This document shows positions 34,961 through 47,943 of a stretch of 64,000 bases of DNA, in pieces. The position numbers were made by a program, and so were the translations under genes. The notes beneath the pieces were generated by a model. That model worked only from the letters and a program-made list of their open reading frames with translations, was not told the origin of the DNA and did no database searches. Position 1 is the first letter of the stretch. Every line of letters starts with the position of its first letter. Source of the stretch: Podarcis erhardii (lineage: Eukaryota); NCBI GenBank assembly GCA_964252035.1, contig OZ176203.1. The stretch is one strand, 5' to 3'.

Positions 34961-37567
34961 ATGCAGAGCCATTTTATATCTTAATGCTCAGACAAAAGAG
35001 ATCTGCATTTCTTGTCATTTATCTTACCAGGGTATGGAAAAACAAGAATGGCTGCTGCACACTTGAAGCCCCTGGCACAGAATGAATGAATCTTTATTTG
35101 CATCAGCCACCAGCCATCGCATTAAAACAAACAAAATGTGGTATACAGAAGATAAATTACCATATTGCCCCTGTCAATAATAATCCTGGGAACTGTAGTC
35201 TGCCCTCTCACAGAGCTACAGTTCGCAGCACTCATACCAAACTACAGTTCCCAGGATTCTTTGGGAGTGGCCATGAGCTTTAAATGTATGGTGTGGGGTG
35301 AGTCCCATGAAAAGGAAAAAAATGTTTGCAATATCTGTGCATAGGTACATTTGATGCATTACTTGCACATGAAAGGACCACGTTTGTTTTCACAACGCAG
35401 TCCCTACAGTTACTTCCTGAGCTACAGAAGTCACTGAAAACATCAGTTCGCCATGCCCCACACTTCCTATAATTCATCATGCCTTTAAAAAGCAAATGTC
35501 CTATTATGGTCAGCTGAGAGCGCCATGAACCTGGAAAACAAAGGAATTCCCCCAATTGTACCATTGCATAACATTAATGTCATTTTGTTGGTGTTGACGT
35601 TTCACATGGAACATGGCATGTTTACTTTGCCTCGTTTGTCTGATGATTATTAGTTCTGTATTAACTTTTTGCATCAGGGTAACCACACTGCGTATGGAGA
35701 ATGCTATCTTGGGTCACAGCCAACCGTCTCCAAGTGCCTTGGTGGCTTTCAAGCACGACTGACTGGAGGTGGGACTAGACAGTGTGGCGGCAGCCTTAGG
35801 CCTTCAGACATCTTCCTACTCTCCCCTCTCCCCAACCCCTCCCCCAGGCTGTTTTTCTTCATGTTGGGCTCACTTCTGGCATCAAAAAATGAGATGAAGA
35901 GTTACAGTGGTGCTGCACGAACAGCAGACTCAGCACGGATGTAATTCCAGATACTTATAGCTTCTCTGCTTCAAATCACACACGCATACCAAAGGACCTT
36001 GCAGTTGTTGGGCACAACTCATCTTCGAAGTCGTGGGTCATGTCTAGTTCTTCTGTAAAGGCCATAAACAAGGAGACATTAGGGGACTAGCCTAGTATGT
36101 TGACGTTGTTTTGCACCATGTACAACCTGCATCAAAAGAATATACGGAACTGTGTGTACTATCTCAGATCATTGGTCCATCTCTGCCCCAAGGCAATCAG
36201 CAATGGTTCTCCAACGTCTGAAACAAAAGTCTTCCAGAACCTCCACCTAAGATCTTTTTATCCCCCTGGATTGAGTATGATTTTGAGCATGAAATGCATG
36301 TGCTTACCTGCTGCGCTTTGGCCACTCCACAGAGTTTTATGCCTTCTTTACCCCAGCACTTCTTGTTTGGGGTATGAACCTGAGACCTCACACACAAACA
36401 CTATGCGAAACTTGTGCATCTGGCAAACTAGGCTTCTGCTTATGTGACTTTGTGGCTTTATTTTCAAATTTTCTAGCCCCACCCCCACCCCTATAATCAC
36501 CAATCCCAAACTAGCTGACAGAAACATAGCATAAAATGATACCATCAGTTTCAGATATACAAGAGGACCAGATTACACTGTCACAATTAAAATAGAATTG
36601 CCTCTAAAACTAGATTGATGGCTTCTTCCTACACCCCATCAACATTCCACAAAAGCCTGAACAATCAGGTACCAATGTCCACAGAACTGTAGAGTTGGAA
36701 GGGACCAACCTCTGCAATCTTTTCCCCAATGTGGGACCGGAACCCACAACCCTAAGAACAAGAGCCTTATGCTCCACATGCATTACTCTTGGTAAACAGC
36801 CTATAGATTCTTCTCATTAGCCCCATGTCCAATGGCTAGGGATGATGGGAGTTGTAGGTCCGCAACATTGGGAGGGCCCAAATTCCCCCACACCTGCTAT
36901 AAAGCAATAGAAGCTACTTTCCCCTTAGTGCTACCATGGTGGATATACCGGAATCTACCATCAGTAAACCTACTGGTTATAGGTTAGAGATCACCCACCA
37001 GAGTAGCACTAAGCAGAAACAACTGTGTGTCTTTTGATATCATAAAGACTTCCAAATAATTATGATGTAAGCTTTCATGGACTTGATATTAGTTTACTAG
37101 TTTGTTAGCTTTTGAGGTCCCTGAAACCTCTTTCTGGTTTTTGATGCCACAAACTGAGAGAGCTACCCCTCTGGAAATCTTTACTACGGAAAAAAAATGC
37201 TTCCATTTTCCCACAGGAATAATCCATTGCACACAACTTCAGTTGTGGGGGCAGAGCTTACCACACGGGGACAGTTTGTCTGAAAAGTTTTCCCTAATTC
37301 CTAATTGCAGCTGCTTTTGCTGGTACCATACAAGTCCATGGAGTTGTGAAATCTATTGGACCAACCTTCTCATCCTGTCAGTTTTACTACTTTTTTTATT
37401 CTGTCAGTTTCACTTTAAAGGGCTACGAATATGCACCCTTCCTTCCTTCTACTTTAAACAAACAAACAAAAACAACCCAACTATAAATCAAGGTATTAGG
37501 GAAAGAGGCAGGTAATCGTAGCAAAGGAGAAAGCTTTTATAAATTGGCCACTTCTAATGCATATTAA

Positions 37568-37928
37568 GGGACACGGGTGGCGCTGTGGGTAAAACCTCAG
37601 CGCCTAGGACTTGCCGATCGCATGGTCGGCGGTTCGAATCCCCGCGGCGGGGTGCGCTCCTGTTGCTCGGTCCCAGCGCCTGCCAACCTAGCAGTTCGAA
37701 AGCACCCCCGGGTGCAAGTAGATAAATAGGTACCGCTTTATAGCGGGAAGGTAAACGGTGTTCCGTGTGCTGCTCTGGTGTCAGTTCACCGGAGCAGCTT
37801 CATCACGCGGGCCACGTGACCCGGAAGTGTCTGCGGACAGCGCTGGCTCCCGGCCTCTAGAGTGAGATGAGCGCACAATCCTAGAGTCTGTCAAGACTGG
37901 CCCGTACGGGCAGGGGTACCTTTACCTT
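37568..37928 (+). mobile_element. Sauria SINE (distinct, CpG-rich subfamily)
   Basis: GGGACACGGGTGGCGCTGTGG...GGTTCGAATCCCCGCGGCGG...GGGGTACCTTTACCTTT. TSD TAATRCATATTAAG at 37555 and 37929. Confidence 0.92.
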
Positions 37929-38499
37929 TAATACATATTAAGCTGACAAATATAATGGCGTAATAAGGCACAACAAAACACAACATGTGACTTCAAGCTC
38001 CTCCCCCTATTCAATTGCTTTTCCCAGGAATAAATTGTGCTGTACTGCCTAGCATGGAACCCCCCCTTTTTTTATAAAAAAAAAAAAAGAAGAAACATAC
38101 TGCTATCATGCCTGACTCCATACTGGCAACTGAGGCTGGATCTACACACATAAAAAAAATAAAATTCAGGAAAACACATTGTAAACCTCATAATGGCAAA
38201 TCACATTGCCGAAAGTCCCAACTCTACAGAACTATCTGGTGTCACAGTGGTATCACACATTTAAAACACTAAAAAAACACAAAAACCAACAACACTACTC
38301 TGGCTAAGTTTGTGAAAAATGGTAGTATGACCACAATTCAACTATGGAAGAGGGTTCCGTGTTGATTGGACTCATTGGAGAAAAAAGATCTTGCTAACAG
38401 TTTAGAAAATCTGGTGTGTCTGGTAGACAAAGAACTGGGTGGCAATTCCTTTCTCAGTTCTAGAATTCTCAACTCTTCCAAAAGATCCTGGGATGTGGC

Positions 38500-38680
38500 C
38501 ATTACTCAGCGGTAGGGAGAACATGCTTTGCAAGGAGACGGTGCCTGATTCAACTCCGACCTTTAGGTTTAATAAATTTTATATACCAGGGCTGAGAAAG
38601 ACCTTTGCCTAAGATCTTGGAGAGCTTTGGCAGGTCAGAACACAGAGCTCAGTGGCATAATAACCTAAGTATGACAGCTC
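38500..38680 (+). mobile_element. Degenerate tRNA-derived SINE
   Basis: CTCAGCGGTAG..AACATGCTTTGC...GATTCAACTCC...AGGGCTGAGAAAGACC...CTTGGAGAGC. Confidence 0.55.
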
Positions 38681-39530
38681 CATATATATATATTTAGAAT
38701 CATAATACTGAACCTTGCTCTTTTGTCTGCTATTGTTGCTGTTCTTTCATTTCTGTTTTATTGCCTTCCACAGCAGCTGATGAGAAAACACATTTGAACT
38801 GTTTCTCAACCATGGTTTGCTTGTGAGAACATTGCTCCTTATTTCTATATTCTCAACTAATCCGTTCTGATATTTTAATACTGTGGGACCTGAACCAATA
38901 TATCTGTATTTCCAATGCAAATGTCTTTAAGATGTCGTTGAGTGCCTGAAAGTTTATTCCACAGTCTTCAAATGGGATCATTTCCTTTCAATGTAGCACA
39001 GCTGTGTAATAATCAAGTGTAGTCTGCATTCCATATGCTAAAACCAGATTGCTTGCTGTTCATTATATGCCTAAGTTTGCCCATTTGCATGATCCAAAAC
39101 CAACCTCAGCCAGAACTGAAACAATCAGACACAGCCAGACCATGTTGGCATGTTTTTATTTAAAGGCACAGCTAGCTTTTCAAGGACTCCAGGTGAGAAA
39201 CAGGATTACACAATATGAATAACATAGTATGTTTCTTGGAAACGTCTGCAACCCATTCACGGTCTGTTTGCTTTTTCAAAAAGCAATCTGCTGTTGTAAC
39301 CGATAAACCCACAAAATCAAAATGACTTATTTTCAAAGACTTTGCTCTAGGATAATTTTAGAGAGCCAACTTTCCTCCTCCGCAAAAAAAAAAAAAAAAA
39401 AAAAGATGAGCATATTTCACTGCAAAAGCAGTGATTATGGCCTTAGTGATTCTTAGACCATAGTTCCAATCTCACCCCCACCACTCTCCTGCCATCTTGC
39501 TTGGCCAAACTATTCTACATAGTCAGTTTT

Positions 39531-39915
39531 GTTAGCTCAGTTGGTTGCAGCATGATGCCAAGGTTGCAAGTTCGAACCCCGTAGGGGACAGTTGTATATT
39601 CCTGCATTGCAGGGGGTTGAAGAAGAAGAAGAAGAGTTTGGATTTGATATCCCTCTTTATCACTACCCTAAGGAGTCTCAAAGCGGCTAACATTCTCCTT
39701 TCCCTTCCTCCCCCACAACAAACACACTGTGAGGTGAGTGGGGCTGAGAGACTTCAGAGAAGTGTGACTGGCCCAAGGTCACCCAGCAGCCGCATGTGGA
39801 GGAGTGGGGAATCGAACCCAGTTCACCAGATTACGAGTCTACCGCTCTTAACCACTACACCACACTAGATGATCCTCATGGTCCCTTCCAATGCTACAAT
39901 TCTATGATTCTATGA
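39531..39915 (+). mobile_element. tRNA-derived SINE with CR1 tail, interrupted by a Squam3-type SINE
   Basis: Head TAGCTCAGTTGGTT...GGTTGCAAGTTCGAACCCC. Tail ACTAGATGATCCTCATGGTCCCTTCCAA...CTATGATTCTATGA. Confidence 0.8.
39619..39866 (-). mobile_element. Squam3-type SINE nested in the SINE above
   Basis: Closely similar to 7308-7545, with a (GAA)n tail. Confidence 0.85.
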
Positions 39916-40245
39916 AATGGTTTGAAACCCAGGTACAGTATCTTGAAGGTGACTTTTGTATGTGTTCCTTTATGTACTCCATTCAGTGTCAGAGACCTCC
40001 TCCAGGAGTCATTGCCAAATGAAATACAGTAGGCATTTAGTAGACCTCTCAGCAGCAGTGCCAATTCTGTGAAACTCCCTCTATACATGGTTCCTCTAGG
40101 TCTCTAGGCCATTACCCTATACATTTTAAGTTCCTTGCTGTGGCAGAAGCTTTAGCTGATATGTTTTAGAATTGGTCATACAATTGGTACCGTCGAACAT
40201 GCAGGTGTTGCCACGTTATGCTGCTGTCGGAGTATGAGCCAGATC

Positions 40246-40660
40246 ACAGAATCAAAGAATTGTGGAGTTGGAAGGGACCCTGAGGGTCATCTAGTCCAAC
40301 CCCCTGCAATGCAGAAATCTCAACCAGATTATACCTGAAAGATGGTCATTCAACCTCTGCTTAGAAACCTCCAAGGAAGTCTGCCACCTCCCAAGGGAGT
40401 TCGTTCCACTGTCAAACAGCTCTTTCTCTTAATTGTAGTCTCTTGATATTTAGTAAGAATCTCCTGATGTTTAGTTGGAATCTCCTTTCTTGTAACTTTG
40501 GTTCAGATCCTAGCCTCCACAGCAGGAGAAAGAAAGCTCACTCCATCTTCCATGTGACAGCCCTTTCAATAGTTGAAGATGGCTGTTATCTCCTCAGTCT
40601 CTACTTTACCAGGCTAATCATGCCCGATTCCCTCATAAGACTTCTGGTTGCTTGTTACCA
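40246..40660 (-). mobile_element. CR1 LINE 3' end
   Basis: AGAATTGTGGAGTTGGAAGGGACCCTGAGGGTCATCTAGTCCAACCCCCTGC and downstream CR1 motifs. Confidence 0.82.
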
Positions 40661-40893
40661 GAATGTCTCCAAACTGCTGTGACATTTCCACCCCTGTCAG
40701 AATGATGTCTGCTCACATAAGTGTTGGCTCCAAACGTTGGTAGCTATACCGATTAATGAAGGCAAGCAAAGTAGATTGTATCTGAGAGCAACGCTCCCTA
40801 GATTAGTAATGTGGGTGAACTCAGTCAAATCAGGGATCATGTTGTGAGCAGAATGGCATATTATGCAACTGATCACATATGGTACATTATGAT

Positions 40894-41023
40894 CAGGGCT
40901 TTTTTCCAGCTGGAACTCACTGGAACTCAGTTCCGGCACCTCTCAGATGGGTACCGTTGCCATTCTAAGAGAACAAGGGAGGTGTTCATGGTGAGTTCTA
41001 TTTTTCCTAGAAAAATAGCACTG
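40894..41023. mobile_element. hAT MITE, 130 bp
   Basis: TIRs CAGGGCTTTTTT / AAAAATAGCACTG. Perfect 8-bp TSD ATTATGAT at 40886-40893 and 41024-41031. Confidence 0.88.
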
Positions 41024-42164
41024 ATTATGATGTCACTGAGGTGGTTGTATCCAATGCTGTGCAAGCAACATTCCACTTGCACAACAAGTGGAAACTGCTC
41101 CAGAGGGCCCCCAACCCCTTGGAGAAGACTTTGAGCATGTGCGGGGAACTGCAAGAGTGGAGGGGAAAGTCCCATTGGGCAAGTGGACATCTTTTGCTCA
41201 AGCAGAACAGCAGAACTGGCAACAACCCTGGAGGCAAATGTAGACAAATAAGCAAAGGTTTTTACAAGCATTGCCCAAAAAAATCATCAAAAGAAGAGGC
41301 TTTTTCACACTGCTAAAAGTGTTCCCCAACAACAAGGACTTCAGCTCAGCATAACCCTAGCAATGCTCCCTTTTATCAAAGATCTTTTACTCGTGGGTAA
41401 TATATATGCTATATCAAATCATATAGCAAAGAGCTCCTTTAAGCAGCTTAATCAGCAGTCAATCCATCTTGGATTCTGTTTCAACCAAGGGACTTTGACT
41501 TGTTAAGCCAAATATTTAACTACCGCTTAGATTTCTAGTATCTACTTGAAGTCTTTATCAGGCCACTCCAATTCATCTTTGTCAAATAATAAACCTTTTG
41601 GCCGCAGACCCCCTTCTCCCTGCAGGTGTCAAAGAAATATATCACTGTAATTTATAAAACACAAGATGACAGAATCCCCATTAGTGCAATTGTTAGCCAA
41701 TGCCAAAAGGTAATCTTGTTACAAATATCACCACCTTTTCATCTGTATTATTTTCCGGGTGGTCTGAAACGTTGATTCAGAAAATAATGCCACAAACAGC
41801 AACTTGTAGTTCCTGAGGCCAAGCAGCCAGATGTGTCAATAATCAGTGCAAATTGGAAACAGATGTTGGTCCATCTTGAATAATAAATATAATTGAAATA
41901 CTTCCTTTGGTCTCTCAGGTCCTCAGCAGACTCAAAAAATAAAGTCACTCTGAATTTTTATAATACATTTTCTTGGGTTCCTGTTTTTATGATGAGCACA
42001 AGGCTGCATTCCGAAATGCTTGTGCCGTGGTTTGCTATACCTGCAAAGCCATATACAGACGTTGCCAGCCATGTGATCTGGATGTCATTGTCAGGTAGTG
42101 GCAGCGAGGGGTACATAAGAATTGGAACATGATCAATGCTGTACAGCACTGGGGTATAATCTGG

Positions 42165-42660
42165 CAGCACCAGATCACCAGTGTTGAAGCAATGATTCTT
42201 CAACATCAACTTTTTCGGACTGGTCATGTATTTCAGATGCCTGATTATTGTCTTCCAAAGCAAATACTGCATTCTCAGCTTAAGAATGGAAAGTGAAATA
42301 CTGGTGGACAACAAAAGAGGTTTAAAGATGCTCTCAAGGGAAATCTTTTAAAATGCAGTATAAGCACAGAAAACTGGAAAACACTGGTCTGCGAGCGCTC
42401 CAATTGGAGAATAGCCTTTACCAAAGGTGTCATAGACTTTGAAGAAGCACAAAGTCAGGACAAAAGGGAGAAATGAGCCAGGACGAAGGCATGTTTGGCA
42501 AATCCTCACCGTGATCAGCTCCCACACAGAAACCTATGTCCCCACTGTGGAAGGACGTGTGAATCCAGAATTGGCCTCCACAGTCACATACAGACACACC
42601 ATTAAGACAATACTCATGGAAGACAATCTTACTCGGCTACAAGTGGTTGCCAAAGAAGAA
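42165..42660 (+). mobile_element. RTE LINE 3' end
   Basis: ITSVEAMILQHQL..TGHVFQMPDYCLPKQILHSQLKNGK..GGQQKRFKDALK, terminal CPHCGRTCESRIGLHSH zinc finger, and a GAA tail. Confidence 0.85.
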
Positions 42661-44639
42661 TCTGGCAGCAGGACAGGGAGCCTGGGGAGGTGGGTTGGAG
42701 TCCAGGGAAGAATCACGCATGATGTACAAAGTCAGAGGCAACATGGAGTCAACATGGAGCTAAACAGTGGTGGTCTGTGGGAAAGGGGAGGTTCAACACA
42801 TTTTTCTTCATGCACAGCAGCTGATTGGCAAAAAGAGGCAAAAACCAGGAAGCATCACTTAGCAGAGATAAGGGTGTGACAGGACTACAACATGGGCACC
42901 ATGCCCAGAGAGCGCTCAGCAGCGCTCAGCCATGGCAGAGGTCCCTGATGTCATTGGCACATGCTAAGTGCTATGGGCAAAGCAAAATGCCCTGGTAATG
43001 GGTGCCCTTCACTTGTGTTGCTAAGAGTACTGCATTCGCCACCCCCAATCCTGTACCCATCACTACTGAAACAAAACGATTCCCACCCACCTACCCAGGA
43101 GATCCCTCTTGGAAAGATCTGGCTGGTCACAAAAATAATGAGAGTTTTTGTTTGTTTTTTAATCCTACTAAGAGAGTGATCCCACCAAAAGGCCTAACCC
43201 TGGGACTGGAAGAGCAGCTCTGTGAAAATCTACTTTGTTTTGGTTTGGTTTTTTAATCTATGCAAACAAAAAACCACAGTCATATGCAGTCACTCACTAT
43301 AGTTCCCCTTCAGAAATTCTCAGAAAGAGGTATTGGTTCTCAGGGCTTTGATAACATACACATCTCCCTTTTTGCTTTGAATTCAAACTCTCCTGGAGGC
43401 ATGAACAAAACACAATACTGTCTGGTTAACACCTCCTTATCTTAACCCGGGATCAAGATTAAGTCGCTATTGTGGCATTTGGTTAAGAGTTTTCAACATG
43501 CTGACATCATTGGGATCCCATTACTCCAGATATCTGAGGTTTCGTTTCCCTTCTTTAAGTGGGACCTGACTGGACCGCCCTTGTGCCCCTTTAGTGAAAT
43601 TAAAAGACACACAATGAAATATTAAAACATACTTCTTTTAAAAGAATTTAGGGCATAGAAGGGAGCTAGTTTTACATATTTATGCCCCATGGGTCCACTT
43701 ATGATGACCCCAGTGAATCAGGGGTGTTATGATTGGGGGGGGGGGTGATGGCTGGCTGCTGACTCTCAGCAGGTAATACTACCTAATCCAAAACGTTTCA
43801 TAAATGTTTGACAAAATCATTCTGCAGGGGTTTTCCCCTCCCTCCTTTTTTGCTCATTAATTTTCCCATGGCCGCCTCAGCCCCTTCGTTGCTTCTCAAT
43901 TCCTGCCTGCCAATTGTTATTCATTTAATGCGACAGGCTGTCATTTCCTTTGAAGTCACCTCATCCTTCCTGCAAACTTTGATGCCATGCAAAGCTCTTG
44001 AGCGGGAGTGTGAAGATCAAAGGCAAATATGACAGGGTTGCTGCTGCTGCTGCTGCTGCTGCTGGCCCTCCCAGGTTGGAATGAGGAAACCAAACTGACA
44101 GTCCACACCTCAGAAGTGCTTCGTATGGGTTGAGCAAGAAGGCATGGTGCTTAGGGAGTGAAAATCCCACCATTTCAGAAAACTAGTCATCACCTTCTAA
44201 TTCGTTCTCAACATGGTGTCTGGCTGCAAGAAAGGGGAAAGTGATCCAGGAAGAGCAGAGGAACTGTTGAGTGCTAGGACTCCTGAGAGCTGAGCAGGAA
44301 CTGGCTAACCTAGACAGTCTTCCCCAACCTCCAGAAGGACCACAGTTCCCATCATTCCTGGCCCCTGGATCTTGTAGGAGCTGTAGTCTAAAATAGCTTG
44401 AGGGCACCAGATTGGAAATCTCTGCTGAGATGAGAGCCAGGCCCATTGAAGAATGGATATCTATAGCTGGGAGCCCAAATAATTTTGAGCTGTTGTCTCA
44501 CAGCCAGTTCCTTTAACATATCAAGGTTACAATCTTCTCAAAGAGATGCGTTTATTATCAAGTGTATTATCTCAGTACATTGTCAAGGTTTGATCTTGGG
44601 GCCTAGAATGTACTACTCAGAGTAAGTCCTCTGTGCTGA

Positions 44640-45080
44640 TGCAGTGGTGGCAGAGAAATCTAAATCGGTCTCATGTGCAGTCAATGTGCAGGCATTGCAT
44701 TAAATAGTGGTACAGGTCCTCTACACAAGGTTGCCCACACAGACAAAGTCTCTACTTGTACTGTACTTTGCTGTACCAACCATCCACCACCGCCGAGGGC
44801 CTCAATTGGAATCGTAATTCTGTAAAAGCGATTCTTAGTATGGCAGGTGGGAGCTTTGTCAGATAACTAGCTCAGATGTGCTCCGTTTTGACAAGTGGGA
44901 ACCATGGTGAACTTTTGGTAGAGGCAATCGTGGTTAAATCCCTTTCTCCATCGGACCTGAAGAGACAATCTCTTAAGTGTCTCTTATCCACCTTCATGAT
45001 CACCTGAAGATCTTGTAATTGATATTGGGTCAAGAGGCGTTGGATGCCATCCTGTATAGAAGGATAGACGACTCAGGATA
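44640..45080 (-). mobile_element. Non-LTR retrotransposon ORF2 C-terminal relic (RTE-X-like)
   Basis: Manual translation gives SYLTKLPPAILRIAFTELRFQLRPSAVVDGWYSKVQYK*RLCLCGQPCVEDLYHYLMQC, a C-terminal CCHC knuckle. Clade assignment is tentative. Confidence 0.6.
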
Positions 45081-45336
45081 AATTGCTGTGACTCCACCTT
45101 CCCTGCCCCATCAGATCTTGCCTGGTGGGCACAGTTGGGTAATGATGGCTTCTCCCTTCACGCGCCCAAAGAATTATAGCTTCTCCCACCACAGAGCAAC
45201 AGTTCCTAGCATCCTTAACAAGCAAGATTCTTTGGGGGAAGCCAACTGCTTCAAATATGTGTTGAATGTGCTTTAAATACCTTTGTCCTTTGCCCCTGTT
45301 GCCCTACCCTAAAACTGCCTTTGCCTTTAAGTTAGA

Positions 45337-45510
45337 AGCACATAAGAACATGAAAAGAGCCCCACTAGATCAGACCAATGGCTCATCTAGTCCAGCGTCT
45401 GATCTGACAGTGTCCAACCAGGTGCCTATGGGAAGTTAGCAAGCACAACCTAAGCTCATCAGCACCCTCCCCAATTGTGATTCCCAGCAGACTGCCTTTG
45501 ACAGTGGAGG
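45337..45510 (-). mobile_element. CR1 LINE 3' tail
   Basis: CATAAGAACATGAAAAGAGCCCCACTAGATCAGACCAATGGCTCATCTAGTCCAGC. Confidence 0.75.
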
Positions 45511-47030
45511 TAGTCCATTGATTTCAATGGGTCTGCTCTGAGCATGTCATAGGTGCAACCCAGAAGCTCCATTACTAGTAGTTGTTTCACAAACACAACA
45601 GAACTGAAAATCATGGAGGATTAATTCCAAAATAGGAAACAATGAATAGTTACAAAACCAATGAACTGGCTGAGCTATTTGTAGGTCTCAGATGATTCAG
45701 AAACTCATACAAGTGAAAAACTAGTAACATTTGACTGGTAAATTGAACAGCTCTGTTCACAAATATTTCCATCTTCTCGTTAACTCAGCAACCTTCTCTC
45801 CCCTACGCTTTGAGTTTGGAGAATTTTCAAATAGTTCTCTTCGGCTGCTCTGCACATTATTTTTCCACTTGGCTAGAGATTTGGAAACTAGAGTCAAGTT
45901 CAGTTGACAACCCTATACATCATGCCCTTTAGATTGCAGGAACCTGATCACATTTATCTCTGTTCCCACAATGGTTCTGCTCACAACTGTTTCTCCACAT
46001 AATTCAGAGAAAACAGCATTTTATCTTAGATACAGTGTTGCCTAATCTAAAAAGTTTCAGAAGCCTTCTCAGGGGGCTCCAGGCAGACTACCATTTTGAA
46101 CCAGAACCAATGGTGAGAAAGGCTTGTCTTCCTTTGCAACTAGCTGTCCTCCTTTCACTGTTAATGCTCTGCCTTCCCTTTTTTTGAGTCTTTCTCAAGG
46201 CCATCCTTACCCATACTGTGTGAGACAACCACCCACCTCAGCTAGCAGGTGCTGGGGGTGAGAGGGATCAGCAGCAGAGGGTCTTGGACCACAGAGCTGT
46301 GTCTTCATTCACTACATCAGCACATGAATGCAGAAAACAACATTTTACATTGTGAAGGATAAATTTCAGCACCTTCTTTCACGTGTAAGGACATGCACTT
46401 TAGTGCTGAAATGTAAATTTTGTTGCTGGAAGGAAGGCGCTAAATTTCATTCTGCCATTAATCCCCCCCCCCCCCTTAAATTAAAGGCATGAAATTCTAA
46501 TGCAGCAGACTACAAAAGAGAATTTTGGTCTCAACAGTGAACATTTAAGTAAGCACCCCATTATTATGCTTACAATTAAGCTCAAGTTTTATTATTTGCA
46601 CTGTCGAACCTGACGTGCAAAATGCATGCCAGGTTCAGTGCATCTTTATTTATATTTTGCTTACTATTTACAGCTGTCTCTATGCAGATCATACGATAAA
46701 TGGTAGCAGGCAGGAGGTTTAATATGGGAACCAAAGGGTAAGAGAGTAAGCAGCTCAGCTTCAGCATCTTCAGGTCAAAAGAGCAGATTGTTCTGTAAGA
46801 TCTGCCCCTTAGTTACCTTTTCCTTAACTGGAGTTCACTGAGATTTTTTCACTACACTGGTAAAAAAGTTGAGAACAAACATTTCCCATTCTTGTCCCAT
46901 GATTACAAGTGTAAGAGTGCCCAGCCGATTTGCATTCATTCCCTCATCGTCATCATTTTATTCATATGGCCCTCTGCCTCTTAAACCTGCACATCCTCCC
47001 TCCCTCTGCAAAGTAGCCTTAACTCTGTGC

Positions 47031-47943
47031 CATAGCTGTCAACCGTCCCTTATTTGGCGGGAAAGTCCCTTATCCCAGCGCTGTGTCCCACTGCTGTCCC
47101 TTATTGATGATGTCCCTTAAATTTCCCAGGTTTCAAAGGAAGCAGCTCCTCTCCCTCCCTGCCGGCCAGGGAGGAGGGAGGCTCCAACTGTGTTGCTTAG
47201 CTGCCCGGCCTGGCCCCCTCTGTCCTCCTCTCACCAGCCTTGGCCCCCGGGAGCCCCTCCAGGCCATCCTCCTCGCAGCTGCCGAACTGAGTTTCTCTGC
47301 CTGGGGCCTCTCCTCTGCCCGCCACTGCCGCCACCACTCCCGCTAAACCGTACTGCGACTGCGCCGCCGAAGGACCTGGATGAGATGGGCAGCCTGGCGC
47401 AGCCTGTGAATTCCTGAGGAGCCTTGAGAGGAGAGCGAGGGCAACCATAGAGAAAGCAGTTCAGAGAGAGGAAGAGGAGGAGGAGGCGGAGGCGCGGCAG
47501 GTGTTCCAAGGGCTTCAAGGGAAGGACCGCAAACACTTCTCCCATAGATTTGTAGTGGTAGACTAGCATAGATGGTCTGATCTGTGGGTTTACTTTGGGC
47601 GCTATTTTTCCCCCCTCTCTTCCTCCCGCCCCACCTGATGGAACTGAGAGCTGCAGATGGAGCACGAGAGAAAAGATGCAGAACTGCAGCAGCATCTTTG
47701 TAGCTTGGACTTCGTTTTGTGTGAAAAGTGGTTGCTGCTTGTAGTTATTTAATTGCAGTTTTTCATCAGCTGGTGTCTTGAGCAGCTACCTCTGGAAACG
47801 AAGGGCGCTGCTCTCCAAAATTATCTGGTCCCTTTTAACTTCGTATTTCAGCTGGTTGACTAAAATCCCTTATTTTGGCTGCTGATCCCTTATTTTCGAG
47901 GCTTCTGGTCCCTTATTTTCAAATCTGTAAGTTGACAGCTATG
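47031..47943. mobile_element. Non-autonomous hAT element (913 bp) with GC/CpG-rich internal cargo
   Basis: Perfect 13-bp TIRs CATAGCTGTCAAC / GTTGACAGCTATG. Perfect 8-bp TSD CTCTGTGC at 47023-47030 and 47944-47951. Subterminal TCCCTTA(TT) repeats at both ends. Confidence 0.93.

Noticed and set aside
39531-39590. tRNA-like sequence (box A and box B)
   Set aside because: No complete cloverleaf, and it continues into a CR1-type tail. It is a SINE head, as are the tRNA-like heads of the Sauria and Squam3 SINEs.
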